Below are positions 1 to 9,972 of a stretch of 64,000 bases of DNA, one piece after another. Within the stretch, counting starts at the first letter, position 1. Every line of letters begins with the position of its first letter. The position numbers and the translations under genes are program-made. The DNA is from Dehalococcoidia bacterium (GTDB taxonomy: Bacteria > Chloroflexota > Dehalococcoidia > Lucifugimonadales > Australimonadaceae), in the NCBI GenBank assembly GCA_034423175.1, contig DAOUJA010000057.1, positions 2,800 through 66,799 of the forward strand, written 5' to 3'. A model generated the notes under the pieces. That model worked only from the letters and a program-made list of their open reading frames with translations, did not search any database and was not told where the DNA came from.

Positions 1-3000
1 CTGCCCACGCGATGCGGGACGGCGCAGACATCATCGTGCAGGCTTCGCTGGCGATGGGCCGATGGGTGGGCATCGCGGACATCCTGCGGAGGGTGGACAC
101 GCCAAGCAGCCTCGGCCGTTGGTCGTACGAGGTTATCGACACCAAGCTCTCACGCAACACCCGCGCGGGAACGATACTTCAGCTGTCCCTCTATTCCGAG
201 ATCGTGGCCAACATCCAGGGCATTCTCCCCGACCGGATGGGCGTCGTCTCTCCCTCGGACACGGAGGACACGCCGTTCAAGGAAGAGTGGTTTCGCCTCT
301 CCGACTACGGCGCGTACTACCGGCTGGTCAAGACGCAGTTGGGGGAGGCGGTCGAGCGCGCGCTGGCCGGCGCCAGCGACGAAACCTATCCGGAGCCTGT
401 GCCCCAGTGCGACACCTGCCGATGGATTCTCGAGTGTGACCGCAGGCGACGCCAGGATGACCACCTCTCTCTCGTCGCCGGGCTTGCAGTGCGCCAGCAG
501 AAAGAGGTGCGGGGTTGGGGCATCCCGACGCTGGAGGCCTTTGGAGAGGAACCCACACCGCTGCGACACAAGCCGGAGCGCGGGGCGGTCGAGTCATACG
601 AGAACGCGCGCAATCAGGCCCACGCACAACTCGAGGGACGCCGCCTCCAGGCGCCCTACTACGAGTTGCGGCCGCTCAGACCGGAAGGCGGGCTATCCCG
701 CCTTCCAACACCTTCGCCCGGAGATATCTTCTTCGACATCGAAGGAGACCCCTTTGCAGGTACGCACGGGTTCGAGTACCTGTTCGGCTGGGCAACGATC
801 GACGCAAGCGGCGAACCGATCTACAGCTCACAGTGGGCGTTCGATGCTGGCGACCCGTCGAGCTTCGCGAAGGGCGAACAAGCGACCTTCGAGGCATTCG
901 TCGACGCCGTGATGGCGCGCTGGGAGGAGCACCCCGACCTCCACATCTACCACTTCGCTCCGTACGAACCGAGTGCGCTCAAGCGCCTGATGGGCAGGTA
1001 CGCGACCCGCGAAGACGAAGTAGACAGCATGTTGCGCGCGGAACTCTTCGTCGACCTGCTCGCCGCAACGCGGCAGGCGCTCTGGGCGAGCGTCGAGAGG
1101 TACTCGATCAAGGACCTCGAGCAGTTCTACGGCTACGCGAGGGAGGTCGAACTGCGGCAGGCGAATATCAACCGCCATGCACTGGAACTGCTGCTGGAGA
1201 ACGGTCAGCAGGAAGACGTCACCGAGGAGATGCGGCGTATCGTCGAACGATACAACCGCGACGACTGTATCTCGACGGTATGGCTCCGCATTTGGTTGGA
1301 GCATATCCGGGCCGGCCTCGTAGATCAGGGCGAGGATATTCAGCGCCCAACCCCTCCTGAGGCCGCACCGGAAGAGGTCAACGAGCAACAGGAGCGCCTG
1401 GACGCAGTGATGGGGCGTCTCCTGCAGGACGTGCCGCTGGAGCGCCGCGAACGTTCAGACGAGCAACATGCGCGTTGGCTCCTCGCCCATCTCCTTGAAT
1501 GGCATCGCCGCGAGGACAAGTCCGCGTGGTGGGAATTCTTCCGGTTGGCCGACCTCGACGAGGAGCAGTTGCTCAATGAGCGCACCGGCATCGCCGGACT
1601 CCGACTGCTGGAAGAACTCCCCGCCGAAGGGAGGGGGCAGACGCCCACTCACCGCTACACGTTCGCGAGGCAGGAAACCACCATCGGCAGTGGGGACGCC
1701 CTCCATCTGCCCGGCCCACAACCGCTGGGCTCGGTTGCCGGCATAGACATGCTGAACCAGACAATAGACATCAAGAAGCGCAGGGACACTGTCGATGTCC
1801 ATCCTGCGGCGGCGTTCGCCTTCGGCAGACCCATCTCCGCCAATGCGCAGAAGGAATCTCTCCTGGCGTTGGGGGAATGGGTAGCGGATCACGGCATAGA
1901 CGCGCCGGGCGAGCACCGCGCGGCCCGCGACCTGCTGCTGGGCAGGCCGCCGCGCCTGTCGCCTCCGCCGCGGAATGGAGCGCCGCTGCGTCAGGCGGGG
2001 GAGACGGAGTTGGACGCGGCGCGGAGGACCGTCACGCAGCTGGACGGCGGCGTCCTCGCCGTCCAGGGTCCGCCGGGCTCTGGCAAGACGTACACCGGCG
2101 CGCGCATGGTCTGCGACCTGGTGCGCGCCGGGAAGCGTGTTGGTATAACCGCCAACAGCCACGCTGTTATCCGCAACCTGCTCGACGCCGTAGTACGCGC
2201 TGCCACCGAGGAGGGTGTAGACGTTCAGTGTGTCCAGCGCGTCGGAGGTAGTCCCGCCGGTGGAGGAAGCGCACCTATCCTGGAGACCGCCGACAACGCT
2301 GACGTCCTCAGCGCGCTTCAGGACGGCCAGGCGCAGGTGGGCGCCGGGACAGCATGGGTCTGGTCGCGCCAGGAGTTCGCGGAGGCGGTCGACGTACTGT
2401 TCATTGACGAGGCAGGCCAGATGTCGTTCGCGAACGCGCTGGCCGTCGCGCAGGCGGCCCGCAGCCTCGTGCTTCTCGGCGACCCGCAACAGCTCGAACA
2501 ACCGCAGCAGGGGAGCCACCCCGAGGGCGCCGAAGCATCGGTACTGGAGCACGTGCTTCAGGGACGCCGCACGATCCCTGACCATCAGGGACTCTTCCTG
2601 GAAGAGACCTGGCGGCTGCACCCCTCCATCTGCGATTTCACATCCGAACTGTTCTACGAAGGCCGGCTCGGGTCGCGGAGCGGGCTGGACGAGCAAGCGC
2701 TCGCTGGAACGGGAAGCATCGACGGCGCGGGGCTCTGGATCGTACCCGTGGAGCACGAGGGGAACACCAGCGCGTCGACCGAAGAGGCTGACTGCGTTGC
2801 TGACCTGTACCGGAAGCTGCTCGGCGGCGGCGTTTCCTGGACCGACCGGGATGGGATCACCCGACCGCTCGGCAGGGAGGACGTTCTTATCGTCGTTCCG
2901 TATAACCTCCATTTGGCGGAGATCGTCCGGCGACTGGGAGGGGATGCCCGCGTCGGCACGGTCGACAAGTTCCAGGGACAGGAAGCTCCGGTAGTGATCT

Positions 3001-3215
3001 ATTCGATGGCAACGTCTTCACCGGAAGATGCTCCACGCGGAATGGAATTCCTGTTCAGCCTGAACCGGCTCAATGTGGCAACCTCACGAGCGCGATGCGC
3101 AAGCATCCTCGTAGCAAGTCCACGCCTGTTCCAGCCAGAGTGCCGCACCCCACGCCAGATGCAACTCGCCAACGCCCTCTGCCGCTACCGGGAGATGGCC
3201 TGTAACGTGGACTGA
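1..3215 (+). CDS. RecB-family (PD-(D/E)XK) nuclease fused to SF1B DNA2/Upf1-like helicase; 5' end probably off-window
   Basis: Track ORF 12..3215 stays open to position 1, so it is likely 5'-partial. N-terminal 'GIADIL...SYEVIDTKLS' resembles a D...ExK nuclease core. Helicase motifs: GPPGSGKT (Walker A), LFIDEAGQM (Walker B), LLGDPQQL, VDKFQGQEAPVVIYS, LNVATSRAR. Confidence 0.8.
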   Translation, partial: AHAMRDGADIIVQASLAMGRWVGIADILRRVDTPSSLGRWSYEVIDTKLSRNTRAGTILQLSLYSEIVANIQGILPDRMGVVSPSDTEDTPFKEEWFRLSDYGAYYRLVKTQLGEAVERALAGASDETYPEPVPQCDTCRWILECDRRRRQDDHLSLVAGLAVRQQKEVRGWGIPTLEAFGEEPTPLRHKPERGAVESYENARNQAHAQLEGRRLQAPYYELRPLRPEGGLSRLPTPSPGDIFFDIEGDPFAGTHGFEYLFGWATIDASGEPIYSSQWAFDAGDPSSFAKGEQATFEAFVDAVMARWEEHPDLHIYHFAPYEPSALKRLMGRYATREDEVDSMLRAELFVDLLAATRQALWASVERYSIKDLEQFYGYAREVELRQANINRHALELLLENGQQEDVTEEMRRIVERYNRDDCISTVWLRIWLEHIRAGLVDQGEDIQRPTPPEAAPEEVNEQQERLDAVMGRLLQDVPLERRERSDEQHARWLLAHLLEWHRREDKSAWWEFFRLADLDEEQLLNERTGIAGLRLLEELPAEGRGQTPTHRYTFARQETTIGSGDALHLPGPQPLGSVAGIDMLNQTIDIKKRRDTVDVHPAAAFAFGRPISANAQKESLLALGEWVADHGIDAPGEHRAARDLLLGRPPRLSPPPRNGAPLRQAGETELDAARRTVTQLDGGVLAVQGPPGSGKTYTGARMVCDLVRAGKRVGITANSHAVIRNLLDAVVRAATEEGVDVQCVQRVGGSPAGGGSAPILETADNADVLSALQDGQAQVGAGTAWVWSRQEFAEAVDVLFIDEAGQMSFANALAVAQAARSLVLLGDPQQLEQPQQGSHPEGAEASVLEHVLQGRRTIPDHQGLFLEETWRLHPSICDFTSELFYEGRLGSRSGLDEQALAGTGSIDGAGLWIVPVEHEGNTSASTEEADCVADLYRKLLGGGVSWTDRDGITRPLGREDVLIVVPYNLHLAEIVRRLGGDARVGTVDKFQGQEAPVVIYSMATSSPEDAPRGMEFLFSLNRLNVATSRARCASILVASPRLFQPECRTPRQMQLANALCRYREMACNVD

Positions 3216-4597
3216 TGACCACCGCCGCACCGCCGCACAGGCCTGCCGGGTTCCTCTGGCCGTTCGACGCCTACTACGGCTGGGCGATCGCGTGGACGGC
3301 CCTCGTCGTCTCGTTCGCGTCGTCGGTCTTCTACGGACCGGTGCTCAGCGTCTGGTTCGAGCCGATACGCGAGGAGACCGGCTGGAAGTCCACGGAGATC
3401 GCCGCGTCGTTCACCATCGGCAGCTTCTCCGGCTCCATCCTCACCGCCGTCATCGGCAGGGTCATGGACCGCTACGGCACACGCACCATCATGGCGGTCT
3501 CCGGCATGGTGCTCGCGGGGTGCATGGTCGGCCTGGCCTTCATGCAGGCCCCATGGCAGATGTGGCTCTTCTTCGGCACGGGGCGGGCCTTCGCCATCGC
3601 GGGCGTCCAGATCGGCACGACGGTGGCCATCGCCAACTGGTTCATCCGCAAACGCGGCGCCGCGACGTCCTTCGCGGGGTTCGGCCTCCGCGCGGGGCAG
3701 GCGCTCGTGCCGCTCGCGGCGGCGGTCATCATCGTGCTGCTGAGCTGGCGGTGGGCGTACGGGCTGCTCGCCATCTCCGCCGTCCTGCTCGTCACCGCGC
3801 CCGCGCTCGTCTACCTCCGGCGCAGGCCGGAGGACTACGGCCTCCTGCCCGACGGCGGCCCCCCTCCCGAACCGGCGAACGGCAGCGGCGGCGGACCGCA
3901 GGAGACGGAAGCCCAGTGGACGACGTCCCAGGCGCGGAAGACGCTCGCCTTCTGGCTCATCCTGCTCACCACTTCCATCATGTTCTTCGCGCAGACGGCG
4001 ACGAACCTCCACGCTGCGCCGCACTTCCAGACGCGCGGCGTCTCGTTCGAGAGCTCGGTCGTCGTCGTATTCCTGTTCGCCGCCATCTCGGCGGTGATGA
4101 CCGTCCCCTGGGGCTGGGTGATGGACCGCGTCCACGTGCGCTTCGTCATCGCGATGGTCTCACTGCTTTACTTCGGGTCGATGCTCGTCATCATCAACGC
4201 GCACACGTTGTCGGGCGCCATCCTCTTCGGCGTCGTGTTCGGCGTCGCGCAGGGAGGCTGGACCGTCAGCCAGCGCATCGTCGTGCCGAACTACTTCGGA
4301 CGGCGCTCCGTCGGAGGCATACGCGGCCAGATGGGGCTGATGACGGCGTTCATCAACCCGGTCGGGCCGCTCGCCGCGGGCTGGATACGCGACCAGACCG
4401 GCAGCTACGAGCAGGCCTTCAGCATCTTCTCGTTCATGTTCCTCGCGGCCATCGTGATGATGCTCATCGCCACGCCGCCCGTCCTGCGCGCCGCTCCCGT
4501 CCGCAGCACCGTTCGCAGCGCCCTGCTGCTGTGGGCTGTGCTCGTCGCCGTTTACCTCCTGGCGCAGCGGCTCCTCCGCAGGAACGAGGACGCGTAA
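3215..4597 (+). CDS. MFS-type transporter
   Basis: 460 aa, about 12 hydrophobic helices in a 6+6 layout split by a charged loop (RRRPEDYGLLPDGGPPPEP...). Start overlaps the upstream stop (TGATG). High GC3. Confidence 0.7.
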   Translation: MTTAAPPHRPAGFLWPFDAYYGWAIAWTALVVSFASSVFYGPVLSVWFEPIREETGWKSTEIAASFTIGSFSGSILTAVIGRVMDRYGTRTIMAVSGMVLAGCMVGLAFMQAPWQMWLFFGTGRAFAIAGVQIGTTVAIANWFIRKRGAATSFAGFGLRAGQALVPLAAAVIIVLLSWRWAYGLLAISAVLLVTAPALVYLRRRPEDYGLLPDGGPPPEPANGSGGGPQETEAQWTTSQARKTLAFWLILLTTSIMFFAQTATNLHAAPHFQTRGVSFESSVVVVFLFAAISAVMTVPWGWVMDRVHVRFVIAMVSLLYFGSMLVIINAHTLSGAILFGVVFGVAQGGWTVSQRIVVPNYFGRRSVGGIRGQMGLMTAFINPVGPLAAGWIRDQTGSYEQAFSIFSFMFLAAIVMMLIATPPVLRAAPVRSTVRSALLLWAVLVAVYLLAQRLLRRNEDA

Positions 4598-4659
4598 GCC
4601 GCCGCCGGACGGGATGCTAGAATGTTCTCCGCGCTCCTCGTTCGGAGCGCTATCCGAGG

Positions 4660-4734
4660 GCCACCGTAGCTCAGTGGCAGAGCAGCTGTTTCGTAAACAG
4701 CAGGTCAACGGTTCGAATCCGTTCGGTGGCTCCA
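4660..4734 (+). tRNA. tRNA-Thr: tRNA-Thr, anticodon CGU, CCA encoded
   Basis: Manual cloverleaf. Acceptor GCCACCG/CGGTGGC. D arm GCTC-AGTGGCA-GAGC. Anticodon stem GCTGT/ACAGC with loop TTCGTAA (CGT at 4692-4694). T arm AACGG-TTCGAAT-CCGTT. Discriminator T followed by CCA. Confidence 0.9.
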
Positions 4735-4779
4735 GCCCACCCCGCGCTCATGAATCCGTCCACCCTCCCGTAACGTATC

Positions 4780-5310
4780 ATGCGGTGCATGGACGATAAC
4801 CCGAGCCCCACCACTGCGCCCGTGCGAGGAGCGCTCCTCGCGGGGGCGCTCGCGGCTGTCGTGGCCGCCCTCGTCTCGCTGCCGCTGCGGTCGCCGCACG
4901 ACGCTCTCCTGAACTCGGCGAGCGTCACGTGGGGCGTGCTGCTGCTTGGGTTGGTGAGCGGCCTCGTCTGGCGCCGGCTCAGCCGCGGTCAGGACTCGTT
5001 GCGACGCTTCACTATTGTCATGGTGGTCGGATTCCTCGTCTGGGTAGCCGTCGCGTTCGCCATCGGGACGATGCTCACGCGGATGGTCTCGTTCAGCGTG
5101 CCGCTCGCCGCGATAGCGTTCGGCGGCATCGGCGTCCTCACGCCGCTGCTCTCGCGGGCGCCGCTTGCAGCGCGGTGGCCGGTCGTCGTCGTGGCGCTCG
5201 TGGTCGCTGCCGCTGTCGGTGTCGGCCTCGCTGGTCAGGGCGACCAGGAGAGCGGACGGTTGGAGCTGCCGCCCCGCGCCGGGTACGACACATATAGAAT
5301 CGACGCATAG
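4780..5310 (+). CDS. hypothetical integral membrane protein
   Basis: 176 aa with 4-5 hydrophobic segments and high GC3. The competing minus-strand ORF 4705..5313 is Arg/Asp-rich low-complexity and looks spurious. Confidence 0.45.
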   Translation: MRCMDDNPSPTTAPVRGALLAGALAAVVAALVSLPLRSPHDALLNSASVTWGVLLLGLVSGLVWRRLSRGQDSLRRFTIVMVVGFLVWVAVAFAIGTMLTRMVSFSVPLAAIAFGGIGVLTPLLSRAPLAARWPVVVVALVVAAAVGVGLAGQGDQESGRLELPPRAGYDTYRIDA

Positions 5311-5327
5311 CACCTCAGGAGTAACCC

Positions 5328-6176
5328 ATGCCCGTCTTCCCGATGCGATATGTGAGACTCGCCCTGCCGCTGGCTCTCACCGCGCTGCTGGTGCTCCCCG
5401 CCTGCGGAGCGGACCCCACACCCACACCTGTCCCGGCCCCCACGACCGACGTCACCCCGGATGCCCCCACCCCTGCGACTACCGCAACGGCGGCAACTCC
5501 GGCTGGTCCCACCCCCACCCCGGCGCCTACGACGGCGCCCGCTGCCCCATCGCCGGACGGCAGCGACCCCGCCCCTGCCGCTGACACGCCTACACCTCCT
5601 CCCGCGGAGGCGCCTGCTGCATCCGAGCGCTCCACCGGCCAGGTGGACGGCATCGTCTTCGTCGTGTCCGAAGGCTCCCAGGCGACGTTCTCCGTGGGCG
5701 AGGTGCTGGCCGGCGTCTCCATCCCCAACTACGAGGCCGTCATGCGCACCACCGGCCTCTCCGGCGAGGTGCGGCTCGACGGCGGTCAGTCGCTCGTCAC
5801 CGTCGACCTGCACAGCATGACGAGCGACGAACCGTTCCGCGACCGCTACGTTCAGAACCGTATGTTCCCCGGCCAGCCGACTGCGAGCGTGACGTTCGGC
5901 GACCTGACACCCCTGCCCGACGGTTTCACGAACGGCGACCCCGTCTCAACGGGAGTCACCGGCACGCTCCGCATCAACGACATGGACGTGCCGCTGGTGT
6001 TCGCCATCGAGGCCCGCGACGACGGCGACATCGACGGCACTGTCCATGTGGTCGGGCGCTCCACCTTCACGTGGGACCAGATCGGCGAGCCGGTGCCGAC
6101 CGCCCGGAGTGTCGTCAGCGTCGAGGACGAGGTCGACGTCAACGTGCTGCTCGCGCTGAAGCCGCAGGCCGGCTGA
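5328..6176 (+). CDS. YceI-like lipoprotein with Pro/Thr-rich linker
   Basis: Signal peptide plus lipobox-like LVLPAC-G, then a long P/T/A linker. The C-terminal ~170 aa resemble a YceI domain (SQATFSV..., DLHSMTSDEPFRDRYV, GTLRINDMDVPLVF). Confidence 0.6.
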   Translation: MPVFPMRYVRLALPLALTALLVLPACGADPTPTPVPAPTTDVTPDAPTPATTATAATPAGPTPTPAPTTAPAAPSPDGSDPAPAADTPTPPPAEAPAASERSTGQVDGIVFVVSEGSQATFSVGEVLAGVSIPNYEAVMRTTGLSGEVRLDGGQSLVTVDLHSMTSDEPFRDRYVQNRMFPGQPTASVTFGDLTPLPDGFTNGDPVSTGVTGTLRINDMDVPLVFAIEARDDGDIDGTVHVVGRSTFTWDQIGEPVPTARSVVSVEDEVDVNVLLALKPQAG

Positions 6177-6237
6177 TCCCCTCTCCCCGCCTTGCGCCGA
6201 CGTGCGCCGTTAGCGCATCATTGCCCGGCGTCACCCA

Positions 6238-7314
6238 ATGCAGATGGAGGGAGTTATGGCCGTTCCCAAGGTCGTCGTCTTTGCGCCCGGAGACCAGAAC
6301 AGTTACCTGCGGTTCGAGGAGGCCGGCTGCGAGATCACACTCGGCAAGGCCTCCTGGGCCGACCCAACCGGCAACACCACTGAGGAGATCGCCGCGATGG
6401 CCGTCGACTCCGACGCGCTCGTCGGCACCTCCATCAAGGGAGGACGCATAGACCGCAGCGTCATGCTCGCCTCGGAGCAGCTCCGCATCGTCGCCAAGTA
6501 CACCGTCGGCGTCGACGAGATCGACACCGACGTCGCCACCGAGCTCGGCATCATCGTCACCCACGCGCCCACCGAGGCGAACTGGGGCGGTGTCGTCGAG
6601 ACCACCATGCAGCAGATGCTCACCCTGCTGAAGAAGTCCCGCCAGCGCGACAACGCCATGAAGCACGGAAGCGTCTGGCGCACGCCGGAACTGACCGCGA
6701 CGCATGTCGGACGCAGGGAAGACGGCTATCCCGGCCTCACGGTCGGCATCGTCGGCCTCGGGCGCATCGGCGGACGGCTCGCCCAGATGCTGGCTCCCTG
6801 GCGCGTCCGCATGATCGCCTACGACCCCTACCAGCCCATAGACCGCTTCATCCACGCCAACGTCGAGCGCGTCGACCTCGACACGCTCCTGCAGGAGTCG
6901 GACGTGGTCACGCTCCACGTCATCCTGACGCCGGAGACGCATCACATGATCGGCGAGCGCGAGTTCGGCCTGATGAAGCCCACCGCCATCCTCCTCAACA
7001 CCTCGCGCGGCCCGGTCATCGACGAGAAGGCGCTCGTCGCTGCCCTGCAGAACGAGACCATTGCGGGCGCCGGGCTGGACGTCTTCGAGGTCGAGCCGTT
7101 GCCGGTGGACAGCCCGTTGCGCCAGATGGACGAGCGCGTGCTCCTGTCGCCACACGTCGCCGCGCACAACCACGGCGCGGGCATCGGCCCCGGCATCGAG
7201 TGGGGCACCGAGGACGTCCTGCGGGCCCTCCGCGGCGAGGTGCCGGAGCACGTCTTCAACAAGGACGTCATCCCCCGCTGGCGCGAGCGCTTCGAGGGCC
7301 GCGCGCTCATCTAG
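6238..7314 (+). CDS. D-isomer-specific 2-hydroxyacid dehydrogenase family, NAD-binding
   Basis: GIVGLGRIGGRLAQM Rossmann motif, NTSRGPVID, SPHVAAH. Start uncertain among Met codons at 6238, 6244 and 6256. Confidence 0.8.
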   Translation: MQMEGVMAVPKVVVFAPGDQNSYLRFEEAGCEITLGKASWADPTGNTTEEIAAMAVDSDALVGTSIKGGRIDRSVMLASEQLRIVAKYTVGVDEIDTDVATELGIIVTHAPTEANWGGVVETTMQQMLTLLKKSRQRDNAMKHGSVWRTPELTATHVGRREDGYPGLTVGIVGLGRIGGRLAQMLAPWRVRMIAYDPYQPIDRFIHANVERVDLDTLLQESDVVTLHVILTPETHHMIGEREFGLMKPTAILLNTSRGPVIDEKALVAALQNETIAGAGLDVFEVEPLPVDSPLRQMDERVLLSPHVAAHNHGAGIGPGIEWGTEDVLRALRGEVPEHVFNKDVIPRWRERFEGRALI

Positions 7315-7345
7315 CTCTGTCGCACCCCCCACGAGGAGAAACCGC

Positions 7346-9124
7346 ATGACCACCAACGGGCGCATCAGCAAGGCCGAGTGGGGCTCCGACGTCATCGTCG
7401 AGACGCTGCGCGGCCTCGGTATCGAGTACGTCGCCATGAACCCCGGCGCAAGCTTCCGCGGCGTCCACGACTCGCTCGTCAACTACCTCGGCAACGAACG
7501 CCCCGAGCTCATCCTCTGCCCGCACGAGGAGATCGCCGTGGCCGTCGCTCACGGCTACGGCAAGGCTGCGGGCAAGCCGATGGCAGCCTACGTCCACAAC
7601 GTCGTCGGCCTCCTCCACGCGACCATGGCCATCTTCAACGCGTCGATGAACCGGTCCGCCGTCCTCGTGCTCGGCGGCACCGGCCCCATGGCCGCCGACG
7701 AGCGCCGCCCGTGGATCGAGTGGATACACACGGCCAACGTCCAGGGCAACGTCGTCCGAGACTACGTGAAGTGGGACGACCAGCCCGCCAGCGTGGGCGC
7801 CACGGTCGAATCGCTCGTCCGCGCCTACCACGTCGCCACCAGCCAGCCGGAGGGCCCCGTCTACGTCTGCTTCGACGTCTCGACACAGGAGCAGCAGCTC
7901 ACCGAGCCGTTCGAGATGCCGGACCTCGGTACCTTCCCCAGGCCCACCCGGCTCCAGGCCGACCCCGAGGCGCTCGACCTCGCAGCCGGACTCCTCGTCG
8001 ACGCGCAGCGCCCCGTCGTGCTCGCCGACTTCCTCGGACGCTCCGAAGAGGCGACCGGCGGCCTCGTCCGGCTCGCGGAGTTGCTCTCCCTGCCCGTCGT
8101 CTCCGGCGGCGACCTCTACAACTTCCCGTCGCGCCACCCGCTCAACGCGACTACGGCCAAGCGCCAGCTCCTGCAGGAGGCCGACGTCGTGCTCGCGCTC
8201 GACGTCTACGACCTTCAGCAGTCGCTCACCGGGCAGGACTACCGCGCCCGGCAACTGCAGCACCTCATGTCGCCCGACGCGAAGCTCATCGACGTTTCGC
8301 TCCGCCAGCTCTCCGTCCGCAGTTGGGCGGCGGACTACGGCGGCCTCTACCCCACCTCCCTTTCCGTGCAGGCCGACACCGCGCTCGCCGTCCCCGCACT
8401 CGCTGACCTCGTCGAGCGTCGCCTCAACGACGGCCCCGACCGTTCGAGCGAACTCCGCGAGCGCCACGCCCGCGTCGCCGCGCTGCACGACGCTGCCGCG
8501 AAGCAGGCGGCGGACGTCGTCGCGTCGCGCTCCGGCGAGTCGCCTATCGCCTTGCCCTTCCTCGCCGCCGAGATGTGGGAGGTCATCAAGGACACGGACT
8601 GGGTACTCGGCAACGGCAACCTGCGCGGCTGGACGGAGCGGCTCTGGGATTACAACGCGCCGCACCAGGTCATCGAGTCCCGTGGCGGAGGCGGGCTCGG
8701 CATGGGCTTCCCGCACGCGCTCGGCGTCGCGCTCGCGAACCGGGACAAGGGACGGCTCACCGTCAACATCCAGTCGGACGGCGACTTTCTCTTCACCCCA
8801 GCCGCGGTCTGGACCGCCGCCCACCACCGCATCCCCATGCTCGCCGTCATGTACAACAATCGCACCTACGGCAACGACCTCGGCCACCAGGGTCTCATGG
8901 CGGAGGTGCGCGGCAGGCCCATCGAGAACCGGACCATCGGCATCGACATCGACGACCCCTACGTGGACTTCGCCGGCATGGCGCGCTCCTTCGGCGCATG
9001 GGCCGAGGGCCCCATCGAGGACCCCGCAGACCTCCGCGGTGCCCTGGAACGCGCCAAGCGCGAGGTCGTCGAGAACGGACGCGTCGCCCTCGTCGACGTC
9101 GTCACCGAGGTCGGCGAGCGGTAG
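7346..9124 (+). CDS. thiamine-pyrophosphate-dependent enzyme (acetolactate synthase / benzoylformate decarboxylase-like)
   Basis: The in-frame ATG at 7346 follows GAGGAGAA. N-terminal WGSDVIVETLRGLGIEYV. TPP motif GGGGLGMGFP...QSDGDFLF...AVMYNN. The track ORF 7061..9124 has a spurious N-terminal extension overlapping the previous gene. Confidence 0.8.
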   Translation: MTTNGRISKAEWGSDVIVETLRGLGIEYVAMNPGASFRGVHDSLVNYLGNERPELILCPHEEIAVAVAHGYGKAAGKPMAAYVHNVVGLLHATMAIFNASMNRSAVLVLGGTGPMAADERRPWIEWIHTANVQGNVVRDYVKWDDQPASVGATVESLVRAYHVATSQPEGPVYVCFDVSTQEQQLTEPFEMPDLGTFPRPTRLQADPEALDLAAGLLVDAQRPVVLADFLGRSEEATGGLVRLAELLSLPVVSGGDLYNFPSRHPLNATTAKRQLLQEADVVLALDVYDLQQSLTGQDYRARQLQHLMSPDAKLIDVSLRQLSVRSWAADYGGLYPTSLSVQADTALAVPALADLVERRLNDGPDRSSELRERHARVAALHDAAAKQAADVVASRSGESPIALPFLAAEMWEVIKDTDWVLGNGNLRGWTERLWDYNAPHQVIESRGGGGLGMGFPHALGVALANRDKGRLTVNIQSDGDFLFTPAAVWTAAHHRIPMLAVMYNNRTYGNDLGHQGLMAEVRGRPIENRTIGIDIDDPYVDFAGMARSFGAWAEGPIEDPADLRGALERAKREVVENGRVALVDVVTEVGER

Positions 9125-9337
9125 CAGGGCGACACGGGGCTGTTGACGCTGTTGGCTGGGCATACCTAGGCTTCGCCTACCTCGCGACACCTAGGACAGT
9201 CCTGTGACGATTAGGGACAACTACGTACCAGCAATACGTGACATCATGGCCCAGCAGGGCATTGAGGCCGCGACCAAACAGCCGCAGTATGAAGTGCAGG
9301 CGAGTGTTTCGTTCGCCAACGCTGTCCAATACACAGA

Positions 9338-9970
9338 TTGGTACCTGACTACGACCGGAACGAGTTCGAGCACTACCGATTTGACCGGTACCTCAGTGCA
9401 ATCGACCAAGCTATGCCCAGTCGAGGAGGTCGATGGATACACATCGACATAGGATGCGGGGCAGGACCGTTCTCTTGGGCATTCCTGGACTGGGCAACGC
9501 AGCACGACATCCCACCTGCTGACGTCAGTCTGTACGGTTACGACCCCAGCCAAGAGATGATTCGCCTTGCATGGATGCTCCGCGCCAGATTGCGGAGTGC
9601 GATTCCGGGCTACCCGAATCTACAGTACGAGAGCGACTACGATTCCTTCGTACGGAGACTGGCCAACATCCGCAGTCAGGCGAGCTGTCTTATGACCCTT
9701 GGCCACGTCCTTGCCGGCAATCACGACAGCGAGGACATCGGCACCTTCACACGTATCATAGAACGCGTGACGACGTTGACCGACTACATCAGCGATGTCA
9801 GGTTATTGGCAAGCGATGCTACTTCCGGTAGACATCGGCAATCCTTCGAGAGTGGGTGGCGCACTCTACTCTCGGCGTTGCAGGGCATCGGGGTACGGTA
9901 CCGCAGTATGCCCGTGTCCACAGGGAAGTCCAGCGACCGCTGCGTGATACTATCGCGCAAGGAGGTGTAG
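9338..9970 (+). CDS. class I SAM-dependent methyltransferase (substrate unknown)
   Basis: Motif I HIDIGCGAGPFSW and motif II-like VSLYGYDPS. Apparent TTG start, and frame B has no ATG upstream. The region is visibly more A/T-rich than its surroundings. The stop lies 2 nt before the alkB-like start. Confidence 0.55.
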   Translation: MVPDYDRNEFEHYRFDRYLSAIDQAMPSRGGRWIHIDIGCGAGPFSWAFLDWATQHDIPPADVSLYGYDPSQEMIRLAWMLRARLRSAIPGYPNLQYESDYDSFVRRLANIRSQASCLMTLGHVLAGNHDSEDIGTFTRIIERVTTLTDYISDVRLLASDATSGRHRQSFESGWRTLLSALQGIGVRYRSMPVSTGKSSDRCVILSRKEV

Positions 9971-9972
9971 CC

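Noticed and set aside
4660-4734. tRNA-Thr as an integration hotspot for a genomic island
   Set aside because: No integrase is adjacent, and I did not spot a duplicated tRNA 3' end elsewhere in the window. The neighbouring genes look like ordinary chromosomal genes.
7307-9190. 627-aa minus-strand ORF, and similar long shadows at 12776..14776(-), 37144..38577(+), 40270..42540(+), 49831..51252(-), 51311..53131(+), 51336..53261(-), 53128..54507(-) and 61858..62886(-)
   Set aside because: Each overlaps, on the opposite strand or in another frame, a gene with strong family motifs (TPP enzyme, amidohydrolase, bicupin, CoxL, SBP, permeases, Rieske). Their composition is low-complexity Arg/Asp/Gly/His.
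9204-9452. 82-aa ORF (GTG start) overlapping the 5' end of the methyltransferase in another frame
   Set aside because: No motif is recognisable, and the 3' part is Ser/Thr low complexity. It may be a shadow ORF or the 5' part of a frameshifted methyltransferase. I cannot decide without read data, so it is not called as a gene.
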